Assembly: GCA_045606105.1 (NCBI GenBank)
Contig: JAZURI010000011.1
Coordinates: 32,001 to 96,000 of the forward strand
Direction of reading: 5' to 3'
Source: Spirochaetia bacterium
GTDB lineage: Bacteria > Spirochaetota > Spirochaetia > CADAEX01
Length of the DNA: 64,000 nt
A model generated the notes under the pieces. The model did no database searches and was not told the DNA's origin. It saw nothing but the letters and a program-made list of their open reading frames with translations. A program made the translations under genes and the position numbers. Every line of letters starts with the position of its first letter. The first letter of the stretch is position 1. Positions 41,197 to 51,698 of the stretch are shown piece after piece.

Positions 41197-42297
41197 TCAT
41201 CTGAACTGCTCCGGCGGATTGAAAAGCTCCTTTACCGAATCGATGGCAAAGGTATCTGTCATTCCCGAAACATAATCCTGGATAATGTTTTCATGGCTTT
41301 TTTCCACATTCATGTAAAAATTTTTCATTTTACCCAGATAATGACCGAATTCTCCTGCCAGTGTCGTTTTTTCAGAAGCATATTTTTCGGTATCAAAGCC
41401 GTGCCTGTCAAAGATTTCCGAAAGATAGTGCCACAGGGTACGGATAATCCTTTCGATATACTGATGATAGTTCACCAGATGACTGCTGGTATATATCCTA
41501 CTGATATTGAACTTGTGGAGGCTCAGCATTGCCTCGTAGACAGGGTCTGAAAAACCTATCATTCCATGGGTTCCGGCATTGGTTATGACATCCTTCACCA
41601 TGGTATCTATCATTTCTCCGTTCTTGGCACCGAGATTCTTCAGTACAGGAGCCGGAATATCATCCTTGCTGACAATCCTGAGGCTTATAGCATCCTCCAG
41701 GTCCCTGCCCATATAGGCTATCTTATCCGACATCCTGACCACTATTCCCTCCCAGGTACACGGAAGAAAGGTTCTGGTCCTGATACCGTCCAGCTCTGCC
41801 GGCCGGGATGAAGGGGAAAGAAACTGCTCGAACTTCTCGCCGCAGTGATTGATTATTCCGTCCCTTACCCCGTAGGAGAGGTTGATTCCCTTTCCGTCGT
41901 TGATAAGATAATCCACCACCCTGAGGGAATTTATCTCGTGACAGAAGCCGTAACCGCCGTTTTTCCTTATAAGATCTGAAATTATGCTCTCTCCGGTATG
42001 ACCGAAGGGGGTATGTCCCAGATCGTGCCCCACGCTGATGGCCCATGCCAGGTCCGTATTGAGCCCCAGCTTGTTGCAGATGGTTACCGCAATGGTGGCC
42101 ACATGCATCACATGCTCGATTCTTGTACAGATATGATCGTTCTGAGGAGCAAAGAAAACCTGTGTCTTGTGCTTCAGTCTTCTGAAGGGATATGAATGGA
42201 TTATGGCTGTCAGGTCACGGAAAAAAGGCTCCCGCACATCATCTGCACGGGAGTCTCTGCGTCTGTATAAATCCTTGAGATCTATATGATTCTGCAT
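41197..42297 (-). CDS. dgt: dGTP triphosphohydrolase-like HD protein
   Basis: FRRLKHKTQVF, TRIEH, GHDLGHTPFGHTGE, DKIAY, DYVSGMTD. Confidence 0.9.
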   Translation of the reverse strand: MQNHIDLKDLYRRRDSRADDVREPFFRDLTAIIHSYPFRRLKHKTQVFFAPQNDHICTRIEHVMHVATIAVTICNKLGLNTDLAWAISVGHDLGHTPFGHTGESIISDLIRKNGGYGFCHEINSLRVVDYLINDGKGINLSYGVRDGIINHCGEKFEQFLSPSSRPAELDGIRTRTFLPCTWEGIVVRMSDKIAYMGRDLEDAISLRIVSKDDIPAPVLKNLGAKNGEMIDTMVKDVITNAGTHGMIGFSDPVYEAMLSLHKFNISRIYTSSHLVNYHQYIERIIRTLWHYLSEIFDRHGFDTEKYASEKTTLAGEFGHYLGKMKNFYMNVEKSHENIIQDYVSGMTDTFAIDSVKELFNPPEQFR

Positions 42298-42302
42298 CTT
42301 TA

Positions 42303-43367
42303 TCAGAATGAAATACCGCCGACAACACCTGCGGAGCAGCTGATTGCATCTTCAAAATAGATTGCGAAAGGAACCTCAAGATGTACCGGACCGAGAGAGA
42401 GTCCCAGACCTGCCATAGCCTTGAATCTGATGAAATCATCATCGCCCTCAACCTTTCCGGAAGCGCTTACATCTCCCTGAAGAGCATCCCACCCTGAACC
42501 TGTTCCGTCATCGTAGCGGATAATACCCTTACCGGTATATTCAAGCTCGCTGTCTCTTCCGAACATGATATCGGCACCGAGACCTGCGTAAACATCAAGA
42601 ACCTTCAAAGCGCTTACACCTGTGATGATTTCAACAGGAACAACAAATCCTGAAACCTCTGCCTTTGTTTCAAGCTCAGGCTTCATGTTGATCTTCTTTG
42701 TTATGGAACCGTCTGTCCATGAATGGGAGATACTTCCGAGACCGTCATCCTTCCAGTCCATTTCACTGTGATAATAGGTAAGTCCGGCACCCACATTGAT
42801 ACCGTTCCATCCGAAGCCTAACTTTGAAGCAGGCTTGATAAGCTGATAGTTGACCATGACACCGAACAGATGGGATTCAAAATCGATATCCTCGGCCTCC
42901 ATTGTTGACTTTCCTGCCTTGAGAGTAACATAAAGTCCCTTCTCCATTCCCAGCATGTGTCCCAGGTTGAAGCCTACTGTTCCCACAAGAGCCTGAAGAC
43001 CGGCACCTGCATAGATATCACCCTTGCTGTGGTAATCATCCAGAAATTCATCAATACCGGTATCATCGAAAACAACAGCTCCGTTGCAGGCAAGACTTAC
43101 GGAAATCCACTTGTAGTCCATTGCAGACCTGAGATATCCGCCGTCGGAAGCATAAGCTGATGCATTCCCGAGACCTCTGGCTACATCCTCGGCTTCTCCG
43201 TATTTATTGAAGAATTCGCCGAATTCACTGTTAATATCATCAATACGGCTTGTAATATCTGTCTCAATACCCCAGCCGCTGTCAGGAAGAGTGATATGGA
43301 AATCTGCCGCAGAGGCTGTTCCGGCTGCAAAAAACAGAATAAAAAGAACTGCCAAAAACTTTTTCAC
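42303..43367 (-). CDS. Putative outer-membrane/surface beta-rich protein
   Basis: Signal peptide ending ASA-A, alternating beta-strand pattern, C-terminal Phe (GGISF); GTG start with AAGGAG SD. Confidence 0.65.
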   Translation of the reverse strand: MKKFLAVLFILFFAAGTASAADFHITLPDSGWGIETDITSRIDDINSEFGEFFNKYGEAEDVARGLGNASAYASDGGYLRSAMDYKWISVSLACNGAVVFDDTGIDEFLDDYHSKGDIYAGAGLQALVGTVGFNLGHMLGMEKGLYVTLKAGKSTMEAEDIDFESHLFGVMVNYQLIKPASKLGFGWNGINVGAGLTYYHSEMDWKDDGLGSISHSWTDGSITKKINMKPELETKAEVSGFVVPVEIITGVSALKVLDVYAGLGADIMFGRDSELEYTGKGIIRYDDGTGSGWDALQGDVSASGKVEGDDDFIRFKAMAGLGLSLGPVHLEVPFAIYFEDAISCSAGVVGGISF

Positions 43368-43474
43368 ATTTTTCTCCTTTTATCAGTTTGTGTACTTCTA
43401 TATTATACATTCATTTATTTAAAACTCAAAGTATTTTGTTGTTTTTTAGTAAAAATTATTATATATATAAAAAT

Positions 43475-44344
43475 ATGGATATAAACAGAATCATTTCCTC
43501 CACCGCAGACCGGCTGGAGGAGAGCATAACAAAAAAATATCATGTGGAAACCAGCGAAGAGCTGGGCTTTTCGGGAAGACAGGGTGTCTATGAAATCCTG
43601 GACAACATCCTTTCCATCCTTTTTCCGGGCTGTTACAGCGAGAACAAGATAAGAGAGGGGGAAATCAACTACTTCCTCAATGAAAAGCTCCGCTTTATCA
43701 GCTACCGCTTTCTCAGGTACATAAAGGACTGTCTCAAATACAACTGTCAGGAAGCAAGATGCAACAGCTGCTGCTGCAACGAAAGAGCCGAAGCCATACT
43801 GGCCCGTTTCCTCGAGGCACTTCCCAGCATAAGAAATCTTCTCATTACAGATATCAATGCTGCAAAGAACGGAGACCCTGCGGCAGAATCACTGGATGAG
43901 ATTGTTTTCAGCTACCCTTTTCTTGAGGCCATAGCTACTCACCGCATTGCCCATGTCCTTTATAACGAAAAGCTTCCTATCATTCCGAGAATGATGAGTG
44001 AAAGGGCCCACTCCAGAACCGGAATCGACATTCATCCCGGTGCCTCCATCGGAGAAAGCTTCTTTATCGACCACGGGACAGGTGTGGTAATCGGCGAGAC
44101 CACCACCATAGGAAACAGGGTAAAGATATATCAGGGTGTGACATTGGGAGCCCTTTCCCCTTTCGACAAGAAGGGAGCACCGCTGGTGGGAAAGAAAAGG
44201 CATCCTGACATACAGGATGATGTGATCATCTATGCCAATGCCACTATTCTGGGAGGAAGCACCGTCATAGGGGCCGGCTCCATTATCGGCGGTAACACCT
44301 GGATAACAAAATCGGTTCCCCCTAACAGCATGGTTTACAAATAA
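43475..44344 (+). CDS. cysE: Serine O-acetyltransferase (EpsC-type)
   Basis: GDPAA, HRIAH, TGIDIHPGA, FFIDHGTGVVIGET, KRHP; start at ATG 43475. Confidence 0.93.
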   Translation: MDINRIISSTADRLEESITKKYHVETSEELGFSGRQGVYEILDNILSILFPGCYSENKIREGEINYFLNEKLRFISYRFLRYIKDCLKYNCQEARCNSCCCNERAEAILARFLEALPSIRNLLITDINAAKNGDPAAESLDEIVFSYPFLEAIATHRIAHVLYNEKLPIIPRMMSERAHSRTGIDIHPGASIGESFFIDHGTGVVIGETTTIGNRVKIYQGVTLGALSPFDKKGAPLVGKKRHPDIQDDVIIYANATILGGSTVIGAGSIIGGNTWITKSVPPNSMVYK

Positions 44345-45048
44345 GGGTCAAATTCCCTGTATTCACCGGGTCCCAGGGCAGAATCCAGCTCCCAGGGGCC
44401 TATTTTTTTTCTTATGAGCCTGACAACATTGTTTTCCATGACAGAAAACATCCGTCGTACCTGCCTGAACTTCCCCTCCTCCACCGTTACGGTACAGAAG
44501 AAGCTGTTTTTCCACTCAAGAACCGCACTTTTACAAAGAAAAGCTTTTCCCTTCTTCTCTTCCGGCAGATAAAGCCCTTCCCTGAATTTTTCCGTATATT
44601 CCATCTGCTCCCAGGGTGAGACACCGAATTCCAGCTCCACCTCGTAGGTCTTGGAAACAGAAGCCTCCGGAGAGGTTATGTAATGGGAAAAGCTGCCGTT
44701 GTCGGTAAGCAGGAGAAGCCCCTCGGAATCCTTGTCCAGGCGCCCTACCGTAAAAAGGGAACCGTATCTTTCATCCAGCAGGGAAAAGACTGTGGGACTC
44801 CGGTCTGAAACGGTGGAACAGACATAACCGGCCGGCTTGTTCATCATGAGATAGGTATAGCGGGGATTGGGAATCCCGGTTCCGTTTACAAGAACCTCAT
44901 CCCGTTCCGGATCCAAAGCATAATTCCAGTCGGTAATCCGGATACCGTTGACTGAAACCAGGTTCTTTTCAAGAAAGCTGTATGCCCTCCTGGGAGAGCA
45001 TACCTTACGTTCAGATAAAAAATGTCTGAGAGGCTCTTCTATCCGCAT
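44335..45048 (-). CDS. RsuA family pseudouridine synthase
   Basis: S4 domain, MNKPAGYV, VGRLDKDSEGLLLLT, EGKFRQVRRM; start at ATG 45048. Confidence 0.9.
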   Translation of the reverse strand: MRIEEPLRHFLSERKVCSPRRAYSFLEKNLVSVNGIRITDWNYALDPERDEVLVNGTGIPNPRYTYLMMNKPAGYVCSTVSDRSPTVFSLLDERYGSLFTVGRLDKDSEGLLLLTDNGSFSHYITSPEASVSKTYEVELEFGVSPWEQMEYTEKFREGLYLPEEKKGKAFLCKSAVLEWKNSFFCTVTVEEGKFRQVRRMFSVMENNVVRLIRKKIGPWELDSALGPGEYREFDPYL

Positions 45049-45577
45049 ATTTTTCCATAAGATGTAAAGCAAGAGGTAAAACACATAACTGCAGGATAAG
45101 TCCGGGATAACCGGCCCTGACTGCAGCCCAGACCATTTCGGCCGGTGCATCGGTCAGGAGAAGGATACAGCCCAGATAAAGGATCCTTCCCGCAAGCTGT
45201 GCCCAGAGGACCTTGAAAAAGAGAGGAATGCGTACATTGTATACGATTCCGGCCATAAGCCCCAGGGAAGCAAGTTCAGCCATCATGAACGGAACTTTTG
45301 CCGCCTCAGGCATACCTGAAATCAGGCAGCTGACAACCGGGCTGGCTGCTCCGATGATTCCTCCGGCAACGGGACCGGCTGCAATACCGGCTATTATTAC
45401 CGGGATATGCATAGGGAGCCAGGTCTTCCCGGGAAATGCTCCCGTGCCGGTAAGTACACCGGCAAGATGAAAGAGCTGGGGAAGAAGAACTGCGGCTGTC
45501 ACGGCCAGCAGGGCTGTGACAGTCTGCTTCCGCAGGGAAGGAAATGGCTTCTCCGTAAAGATTGAGGAAAAGGTCAT
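45011..45577 (-). CDS. ECF transporter S component
   Basis: LLPQLFH, LPMHIPV, SPVVSCLISGMP, PGLILQL; about 6 TM helices. Confidence 0.8.
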   Translation of the reverse strand: MTFSSIFTEKPFPSLRKQTVTALLAVTAAVLLPQLFHLAGVLTGTGAFPGKTWLPMHIPVIIAGIAAGPVAGGIIGAASPVVSCLISGMPEAAKVPFMMAELASLGLMAGIVYNVRIPLFFKVLWAQLAGRILYLGCILLLTDAPAEMVWAAVRAGYPGLILQLCVLPLALHLMEKYADRRASQTFFI

Positions 45578-45591
45578 GGATTCTTATCCTG

Positions 45592-45969
45592 TTATTTTGC
45601 AGCCCAGAGGCTGTGAAGGTTGCAGTATTCGTAAACTGCCACGATCTCATCATCATCCATGAGAGCGAAAACTGCTTCAGGCTTGTCACCCGGCTTCAGG
45701 ATTTTTCTCTGGTTTCCGTTCTTTGTCTGGAGTGCAATCCACTGGATATAGTGTTCTTCAGCCATAGGATGTTCAACGGAACCGATTTTTACTGTTACCT
45801 TGTTTCCCTCTTTTGTAACTACAGGAACATGTTTTTCCTGTGCTGCATCGGTGGTTCCCGGAACAAGCAGCTGCATTGCCTCGCCGCAGCAGATTGTAGG
45901 AACAGGTGTCTCGTTAACCATTGCAACGATTTTTCCGCAGATTCTGCATCTATAAAATTTCATTTCCAT
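45592..45969 (-). CDS. dfx: Desulfoferrodoxin (2Fe superoxide reductase)
   Basis: CRICG...CCG desulforedoxin site; EKHVP, HPM..EHYI, CNLH; start at 45969 after AGGAG. Confidence 0.93.
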   Translation of the reverse strand: MEMKFYRCRICGKIVAMVNETPVPTICCGEAMQLLVPGTTDAAQEKHVPVVTKEGNKVTVKIGSVEHPMAEEHYIQWIALQTKNGNQRKILKPGDKPEAVFALMDDDEIVAVYEYCNLHSLWAAK

Positions 45970-46025
45970 AATATTCTCCTTATATTTATAGAATAAATAA
46001 AACAATCCGAAATTGCAAGCTTTTT

Positions 46026-46433
46026 TTACTTGTCAAGACGACCGTTGTAATCAAGGATTCCTCCGATTTCTATAACCTTGGTATATCCCATTTCCGCCAG
46101 CTTACGGGACGCCTCCTTGCTTCTCCGACCGCTTCTGCAGTAGACATATACCTCCGTTCCCTTGTCGGGAATAAGCTTTTCTGCCTTGGCAAGGGACATT
46201 GTCTCATTTGTGAGAAGAAGAGCCCCGGGAATGTGTCCCCCCTTATATTCATCGGGACGGCGTACATCCAGAAGGACAAAATCCTCTGACTCTGCCATCA
46301 TTTTCATTCCCGAGGCCATGGAGACCGACTTGAAGGAGGCCTTTTCCCCTTTGTTTTTTCCGGCATGGCAGCCGCTGAATATACAGACTGCCAGAAACAG
46401 CACCAGAACTACGATAATAAGATTCTTTGTCAT
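46026..46433 (-). CDS. Rhodanese-like domain lipoprotein
   Basis: Lipobox FSGC; LDVR..EY..GHIPGA; YCRSGRRS. Confidence 0.88.
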   Translation of the reverse strand: MTKNLIIVVLVLFLAVCIFSGCHAGKNKGEKASFKSVSMASGMKMMAESEDFVLLDVRRPDEYKGGHIPGALLLTNETMSLAKAEKLIPDKGTEVYVYCRSGRRSKEASRKLAEMGYTKVIEIGGILDYNGRLDK

Positions 46434-47701
46434 TTCTTACCTCTCATAAAATAATCTGCCACCGCCTCGTATGCCGGTATGGACAACGGGTCGATGTACT
46501 TGTTTGAAGCCAGCGGATTAGATGCAAAACGGACTATAACCATCTCTGCCGCAGGATCGATATAAATAGCCTGTCCGTGAACACCTCTGGCCATATATGC
46601 TCCGTGGCTGTTGTTTGTTATCCACCACATGTTATGGTAGCTCCAGCCTTCAAGAAGCGGATATTCCCCGGAATCGGCAAAAGCCTTCCGGCTTCCCCCT
46701 CCCGATACCTCAAGAACGGCTGCCTCAGGGATAATCTGTTTCCGCCCCACTTTGCCTCCGTTTCTGAGCATTTCACCGAAGGCAGCCATATCACGGAGAT
46801 TAAGGGAGAAGCCGCCGCCTGCCGATGCCTTTCCTGCAGGATCCACAAGGTAATATCCATCATGGCGGGCTCCCATAGGAATCCAGATTCTTTCCGAAAT
46901 AAGCTCGGTAATACATTTTCCGGTAACCCTGGAGATTATCCAGCCCATTACCTCTGTATTTACGGTCTTGTATCCGAATACAGCTCCGTGCTCCCGGTCC
47001 GGAAGCTTCTTTACTGTCTTCAGATACTCATAATAGTTTGCAGGCCCCTTGTATCCGGCAGGCCGGAACGGGTTACCGGCTGCGGAATAGGCCCAAACTT
47101 CAGCCTTCGGGTTGTTGTAATCCTCGCTGTAGCTGACAGCGGAGGTCATGTTCAGCAGCTGCTGTACCGTTGCATCCCCGAAGCCTGAACCGGCCAGCTC
47201 GGGAAGATACTCCCTGACAAGCCGGGAAGGATCAATCTTTCCCTCAGCTATGAGTATAGAAGCAAGAATCCCGGTGAAGGACTTGCTTACCGACATTGCG
47301 GCATGGGTTCCGTTACGGTTAAGCCCTGCCGGATATTTTTCATAGACAATCTTTCCCTTGTGAAGAATGATTATTCCGTCCGTATAGTTCTTTTCAAGAG
47401 ATTCCTCCCAGGTCATGGGATGCTCCGAATTCCACGGAACAAAAGTGATTTCATCTATCCTGTTGTCAATGTTTTCCTTGAAAACATAATAATTTCCCTC
47501 AGCAGCCGGAACAGCCCTTGAAGGGAAAAACTCTCTCATGTGATTTACACTGTAACGAATTGCGGGAAACTCGAAAAAGGAGCCGTCCGATGCTGAAATT
47601 ATCTTGTCTTTTTCAGGAGGGAAGCCCTTCATCCAGTCCTGTGCATAAATACTTTCCATACCTATACCTGCCATCAGAATAAAAGCAACAAATTTTTTCA
47701 T
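46430..47701 (-). CDS. Secreted serine hydrolase, beta-lactamase-related (NylB-like)
   Basis: Signal peptide, SVSK catalytic motif, LLNMTS, RGVHGQ. Confidence 0.85.
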   Translation of the reverse strand: MKKFVAFILMAGIGMESIYAQDWMKGFPPEKDKIISASDGSFFEFPAIRYSVNHMREFFPSRAVPAAEGNYYVFKENIDNRIDEITFVPWNSEHPMTWEESLEKNYTDGIIILHKGKIVYEKYPAGLNRNGTHAAMSVSKSFTGILASILIAEGKIDPSRLVREYLPELAGSGFGDATVQQLLNMTSAVSYSEDYNNPKAEVWAYSAAGNPFRPAGYKGPANYYEYLKTVKKLPDREHGAVFGYKTVNTEVMGWIISRVTGKCITELISERIWIPMGARHDGYYLVDPAGKASAGGGFSLNLRDMAAFGEMLRNGGKVGRKQIIPEAAVLEVSGGGSRKAFADSGEYPLLEGWSYHNMWWITNNSHGAYMARGVHGQAIYIDPAAEMVIVRFASNPLASNKYIDPLSIPAYEAVADYFMRGKK

Positions 47702-47746
47702 TTCCTGCCTCCTTACTTAAAAAATACTTACGGCAGGCAGATAGGG

Positions 47747-48607
47747 TCAACTTAAAAAGCTTTTTATCTTTCCGAGAATATTTTCTGCATCCCTGCGCCC
47801 AAGCTCATAGGTACGGAGAATCTTTCCCCGGTTTCTTTCGGTACGCCCGGCCTCAGGTTTTTCGGAAGGTCTGATAATGATGACGTTTCCCTTTCTTTCC
47901 TCTTCCTCAAGATAATCCAGCTGGGCATTGTAAACGTTGTGCCTGTTTTCGACCGCCTTTACAAACTCGGGAAAAGCCTTGTAGATGAACCGTATCATCG
48001 GAAGCATGGAGTTCGGTTTCTTCCTGTAGCCCTTTTCCTGGGTCAGGATTACCACATTTTTTCCGTAGCCCATTTCCTGCATCTTCTTTATAGGGATGGA
48101 ATCGGCAATTCCTCCGTCCAGATAGAAACGGTTATCGATATTCACCACCGCCGCAGCCAGAGGCATGGATGATGAGGCCTGAAGCCATTTTATCTTTCTT
48201 CCCCGGAGAGAATCGCAGAGATGATAATCTGCTTTTCCGGTCTTTATATCTGTAGCAACTGTATAGAAAGGAACAGGATTGGCATCGAAGGTATCGTTGT
48301 CAAAAGGGTCCAGTTCATCGGGGAGCCTGTAGTAACAGAACTTCACATTGAAATAATTTCCTGTGGTAAAAAGGGATTTGAGTCCCATGTATGCAGGATC
48401 GTTGCAGTAACGGGAGGTATATCTGACAGAACGGCCCGGCTGTCCCGAAAGATAGCTTGCGGCATGGATAGCTCCGGCAGAAACGCCCATTATTCCGTCA
48501 AAGGAGATTTTGTTCTCGGCAAAAACATCAAGAACACCGGCTGTATAGATACCCCTGTGGCCACCCCCTTCAAGGACAAGACCTGTTGAATTGACAAGCT
48601 GTTCCAA
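47747..48607 (-). CDS. Patatin family phospholipase
   Basis: LEGGGHRG, GVSAG, DGG motifs. Confidence 0.9.
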   Translation of the reverse strand: MEQLVNSTGLVLEGGGHRGIYTAGVLDVFAENKISFDGIMGVSAGAIHAASYLSGQPGRSVRYTSRYCNDPAYMGLKSLFTTGNYFNVKFCYYRLPDELDPFDNDTFDANPVPFYTVATDIKTGKADYHLCDSLRGRKIKWLQASSSMPLAAAVVNIDNRFYLDGGIADSIPIKKMQEMGYGKNVVILTQEKGYRKKPNSMLPMIRFIYKAFPEFVKAVENRHNVYNAQLDYLEEEERKGNVIIIRPSEKPEAGRTERNRGKILRTYELGRRDAENILGKIKSFLS

Positions 48608-48608
48608 T

Positions 48609-50207
48609 TTATTCTCCTATTACTTTTATTCGTCCCTGCGGATCGGCATATTCCTTTCCTATTTTCCCGCCGAGACATTCCGTTATGTACATTTCCAGAA
48701 TATCTGTATCTGCAATCCCTGTATTGACCTTGTTCACGGCATCCTTAAACATTGAAGCGCCCCCACCCATGGATTCGATAAGATAATCTGTTGAAGCAAT
48801 TGAATACATGTGTGATTTTCTGAGTTTTCTGTATTTTCCCGATTCCGGATCCAGAATCCTTATATCCCTGATTCGCCTTTTTCCGTCAATACCGGTGAAA
48901 AATCCGTTCTCATCAAGCTGCACGGGAGAGGGAACTGATGGATCGAAGCTGAACGTAAGCCCCGAAAAATGATAGAAGCTTCCTGTCTCCTCCGGATAAT
49001 TCCTGACTGAAAACTCAAGAAAGTCCCTGAGCTGACGGCCGGTTATCTCAGCTGTGCATATGTTGTTTTCGAAAGGGATAGCATTGACAATATCGAGATG
49101 GGTCACATTTCCGGCACTGATCCCTTTCCTGATCCCTCCGCCGTTCATGGCCCCGATACAGGCTCCTGTCATGATACGGTAGGAATCAGACACCAGGTTT
49201 CCTATATTTGTTTCCCGGCATCTTACGATTCTCTTTCCATCTTTGGAATTTACCTCAAGATCTGCTTCAGAAACCGCAAAGGCACGCTGTCCGTTTAATT
49301 CATTTTCCCGGTTGATTCCTGCTATGAAATCATCCACGGCCCGGTCCCGGCGGGGGTACTTTTCCACGGAAACAAGTTCAGTAGTAACGCGCCCGGGGGT
49401 CAGGGTAAGCTTTCCCATATATGCAAATCCGGAGCCGGTAGAGGAAAGGACCACCTCCTTGCCTGACCTGTCGGTGATTCTCCTGTGTTCCATAACGGTG
49501 TGGGAATGGGCATCCAGCACTGCCGAAAGACCGGATGTATTTTTTATAAGCTCTATGGAGCTCAATTTTTCAGGAACATCCTCACTGCCAAGATGGGCAA
49601 GGGCAACCACGTAATCGGCACCGGCGGCCTTGGCTGCATCTATGCTTTTCTGCACATTCTCAAACAGGTTATCGGAACAGAAGCTGTAGTAAACAACACC
49701 GTTCCTGGTATAAAATGTGGAGCGGGTCGACTTATATGTATCAGGAGTAATGACCCCCACAAAGGCAACATCGGCATCCCCGCAGCGGACAATCGTATAA
49801 GGACTGAAAACATGCTTGTTTTCCCGATCCAGGAAATTACAGCAGACAAAGGGAGCCTTGGACATATCGGCAAGCTCCTTGAGCCGGGCCACTCCGTAAT
49901 CAAACTCATGGTTTCCGGGAGCCACCGCATCGTAACCCACTATATCCATTATCCCGGTAATGTATTCCCCTTTGGAAACAGCCCCATACCAGCCCCCCTG
50001 AATAAAGTCGCCCACAGAGACAGCCGCCACTTTTCCGTGCTTTGCTTCGAGCTCCTGCCTGAAGGCAGAAAATTTGGAATATCCGTCCACGGCACAGTGG
50101 ACATCGTTTTCGTACAGAATTACCGCCTCGGACTGCTGAGCAAAGGCAGGAGCGGAAAAAAACAGTACCAGTAAGGAAACAATCAGTAAAGCAAGCTTTT
50201 TCTTCAT
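48609..50207 (-). CDS. Secreted 5'-nucleotidase / metallophosphoesterase
   Basis: Signal peptide, NDVH, GDF.QG, GNHEFDYG, DAHSH, NGGGIR, PFEN; start at ATG 50207. Confidence 0.9.
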   Translation of the reverse strand: MKKKLALLIVSLLVLFFSAPAFAQQSEAVILYENDVHCAVDGYSKFSAFRQELEAKHGKVAAVSVGDFIQGGWYGAVSKGEYITGIMDIVGYDAVAPGNHEFDYGVARLKELADMSKAPFVCCNFLDRENKHVFSPYTIVRCGDADVAFVGVITPDTYKSTRSTFYTRNGVVYYSFCSDNLFENVQKSIDAAKAAGADYVVALAHLGSEDVPEKLSSIELIKNTSGLSAVLDAHSHTVMEHRRITDRSGKEVVLSSTGSGFAYMGKLTLTPGRVTTELVSVEKYPRRDRAVDDFIAGINRENELNGQRAFAVSEADLEVNSKDGKRIVRCRETNIGNLVSDSYRIMTGACIGAMNGGGIRKGISAGNVTHLDIVNAIPFENNICTAEITGRQLRDFLEFSVRNYPEETGSFYHFSGLTFSFDPSVPSPVQLDENGFFTGIDGKRRIRDIRILDPESGKYRKLRKSHMYSIASTDYLIESMGGGASMFKDAVNKVNTGIADTDILEMYITECLGGKIGKEYADPQGRIKVIGE

Positions 50208-50217
50208 ATCAGAAATT

Positions 50218-51636
50218 TCACTTTTTTCTGTATACCGCAGAAAGTTTAAAAAGATAGAATACAAAGGAGGCTGCCGCTAACAGGATTCCTGCCGGATATG
50301 AAACCGATGCACCCAATGCAAAACCCTCCCTGGCCATAAGAATGTATGTAACACAGACTCCTGTCATGAACGCAGCAGGAACTGCAGTAATAAGCGAGCT
50401 GAATTTTCCCTTTCCTTTCCTGATGAAATAGGCGGTAGCAACCCATAAGGTAATCATGGCAAGAGTCTGGTTGCCCCATGCGAAATAACGCCACAGAATA
50501 TTGAAATCAATCTGGGTGAGAATACCGCAGACTGCAAGGACAGGAATTGTAATGATAAGCCGGTTCTTTACGGATGACTGGTCAAGTCCGGTACATTCGG
50601 AAAGGATAAGCCTGGCACTCCGGCAGGCAGTGTCCCCTGAAGTAATCGGACAGACCACCACACCTATGACAGCAAGAATACCGCCCAGGGGACCGAGGAG
50701 AGTACAGGAGATATCATAAACCACCCCGGACTGTCCCATGCGGACAAGTGCATCACCCAATGCATCCGTAGCCCCGTAGAATGCCACACCTGCCGCCGCC
50801 CAGACAAGGGCAATAACAGATTCGATAATCATGGCACCGTAGAAAATACTGCGGCCCAGATGCTCTCCGGTAATGCATTTGGCAATCATCGGAGACTGAG
50901 TGGCATGAAAACCCGATATGGCGCCGCAGGCTACCGTAATAAACATAAACGGCCATATAGGGAGGTTATCGGGATGAAGATCTGCAAAGGTGATTTCGGG
51001 AATATGATATTCGCCGGAAAAGCAGATACCCACAAAAATTCCCAGAGCCATAACTATAAGGATTACCCCGAAAACCGGATATATCTTTCCGATTACTTTG
51101 TCGATAGGCAGAAGGGTTGCAAGCAGATAGTAGATAAAAATCACAACAGCCCAGAATCCCACATTCAGTTTCTCGGGGGTGAGCATGGCAAGAAGAACAG
51201 CAGGACTGGTAATGAATACTGCTCCCACCAGGATAAGCATCGGAACGGAAAAAAGCCTCATGAACCACTTTATCGGTTTTCCGCAGTAGATTCCGGCAAG
51301 TTCGGCAATGGACTCCCCGTTATGCCTTATGGAAATCATACCTGAAACATAGTCATGAACCGCACCGGCAAAGACAGATCCCAGTACAATCCAGAGAAAT
51401 ACCACAGGGCCGAACATGGCACCCATAAGAGCCCCGAAGATAGGGCCTGTACCTGCAATATTCAGAAGCTGGATAAGGAAAGCCTTCCAGGTCTTAATAG
51501 GAACCCTGTCGACACCGTCCGGATGGGCAATGGCAGGAGTAGGTCGGTTATCAGCACCAAATATCTTTTCCGTAAAACGGCTGTATACCAGATATCCGAC
51601 AAGAAGAACCATAAAAGATAAAATCAATGATACCAT
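50218..51636 (-). CDS. cstA: Carbon starvation CstA family transporter
   Basis: IQLLNIAGTGPIFG, GAVHDY, CGAISGFHATQSP, PITSGDTA, WRYFAWGNQ. Confidence 0.9.
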   Translation of the reverse strand: MVSLILSFMVLLVGYLVYSRFTEKIFGADNRPTPAIAHPDGVDRVPIKTWKAFLIQLLNIAGTGPIFGALMGAMFGPVVFLWIVLGSVFAGAVHDYVSGMISIRHNGESIAELAGIYCGKPIKWFMRLFSVPMLILVGAVFITSPAVLLAMLTPEKLNVGFWAVVIFIYYLLATLLPIDKVIGKIYPVFGVILIVMALGIFVGICFSGEYHIPEITFADLHPDNLPIWPFMFITVACGAISGFHATQSPMIAKCITGEHLGRSIFYGAMIIESVIALVWAAAGVAFYGATDALGDALVRMGQSGVVYDISCTLLGPLGGILAVIGVVVCPITSGDTACRSARLILSECTGLDQSSVKNRLIITIPVLAVCGILTQIDFNILWRYFAWGNQTLAMITLWVATAYFIRKGKGKFSSLITAVPAAFMTGVCVTYILMAREGFALGASVSYPAGILLAAASFVFYLFKLSAVYRKK

Positions 51637-51698
51637 AATTTATGATATAACACAGAAGTTTTATTTTGTCTTGCGGAATATGAATTATTTCAGGAAAA

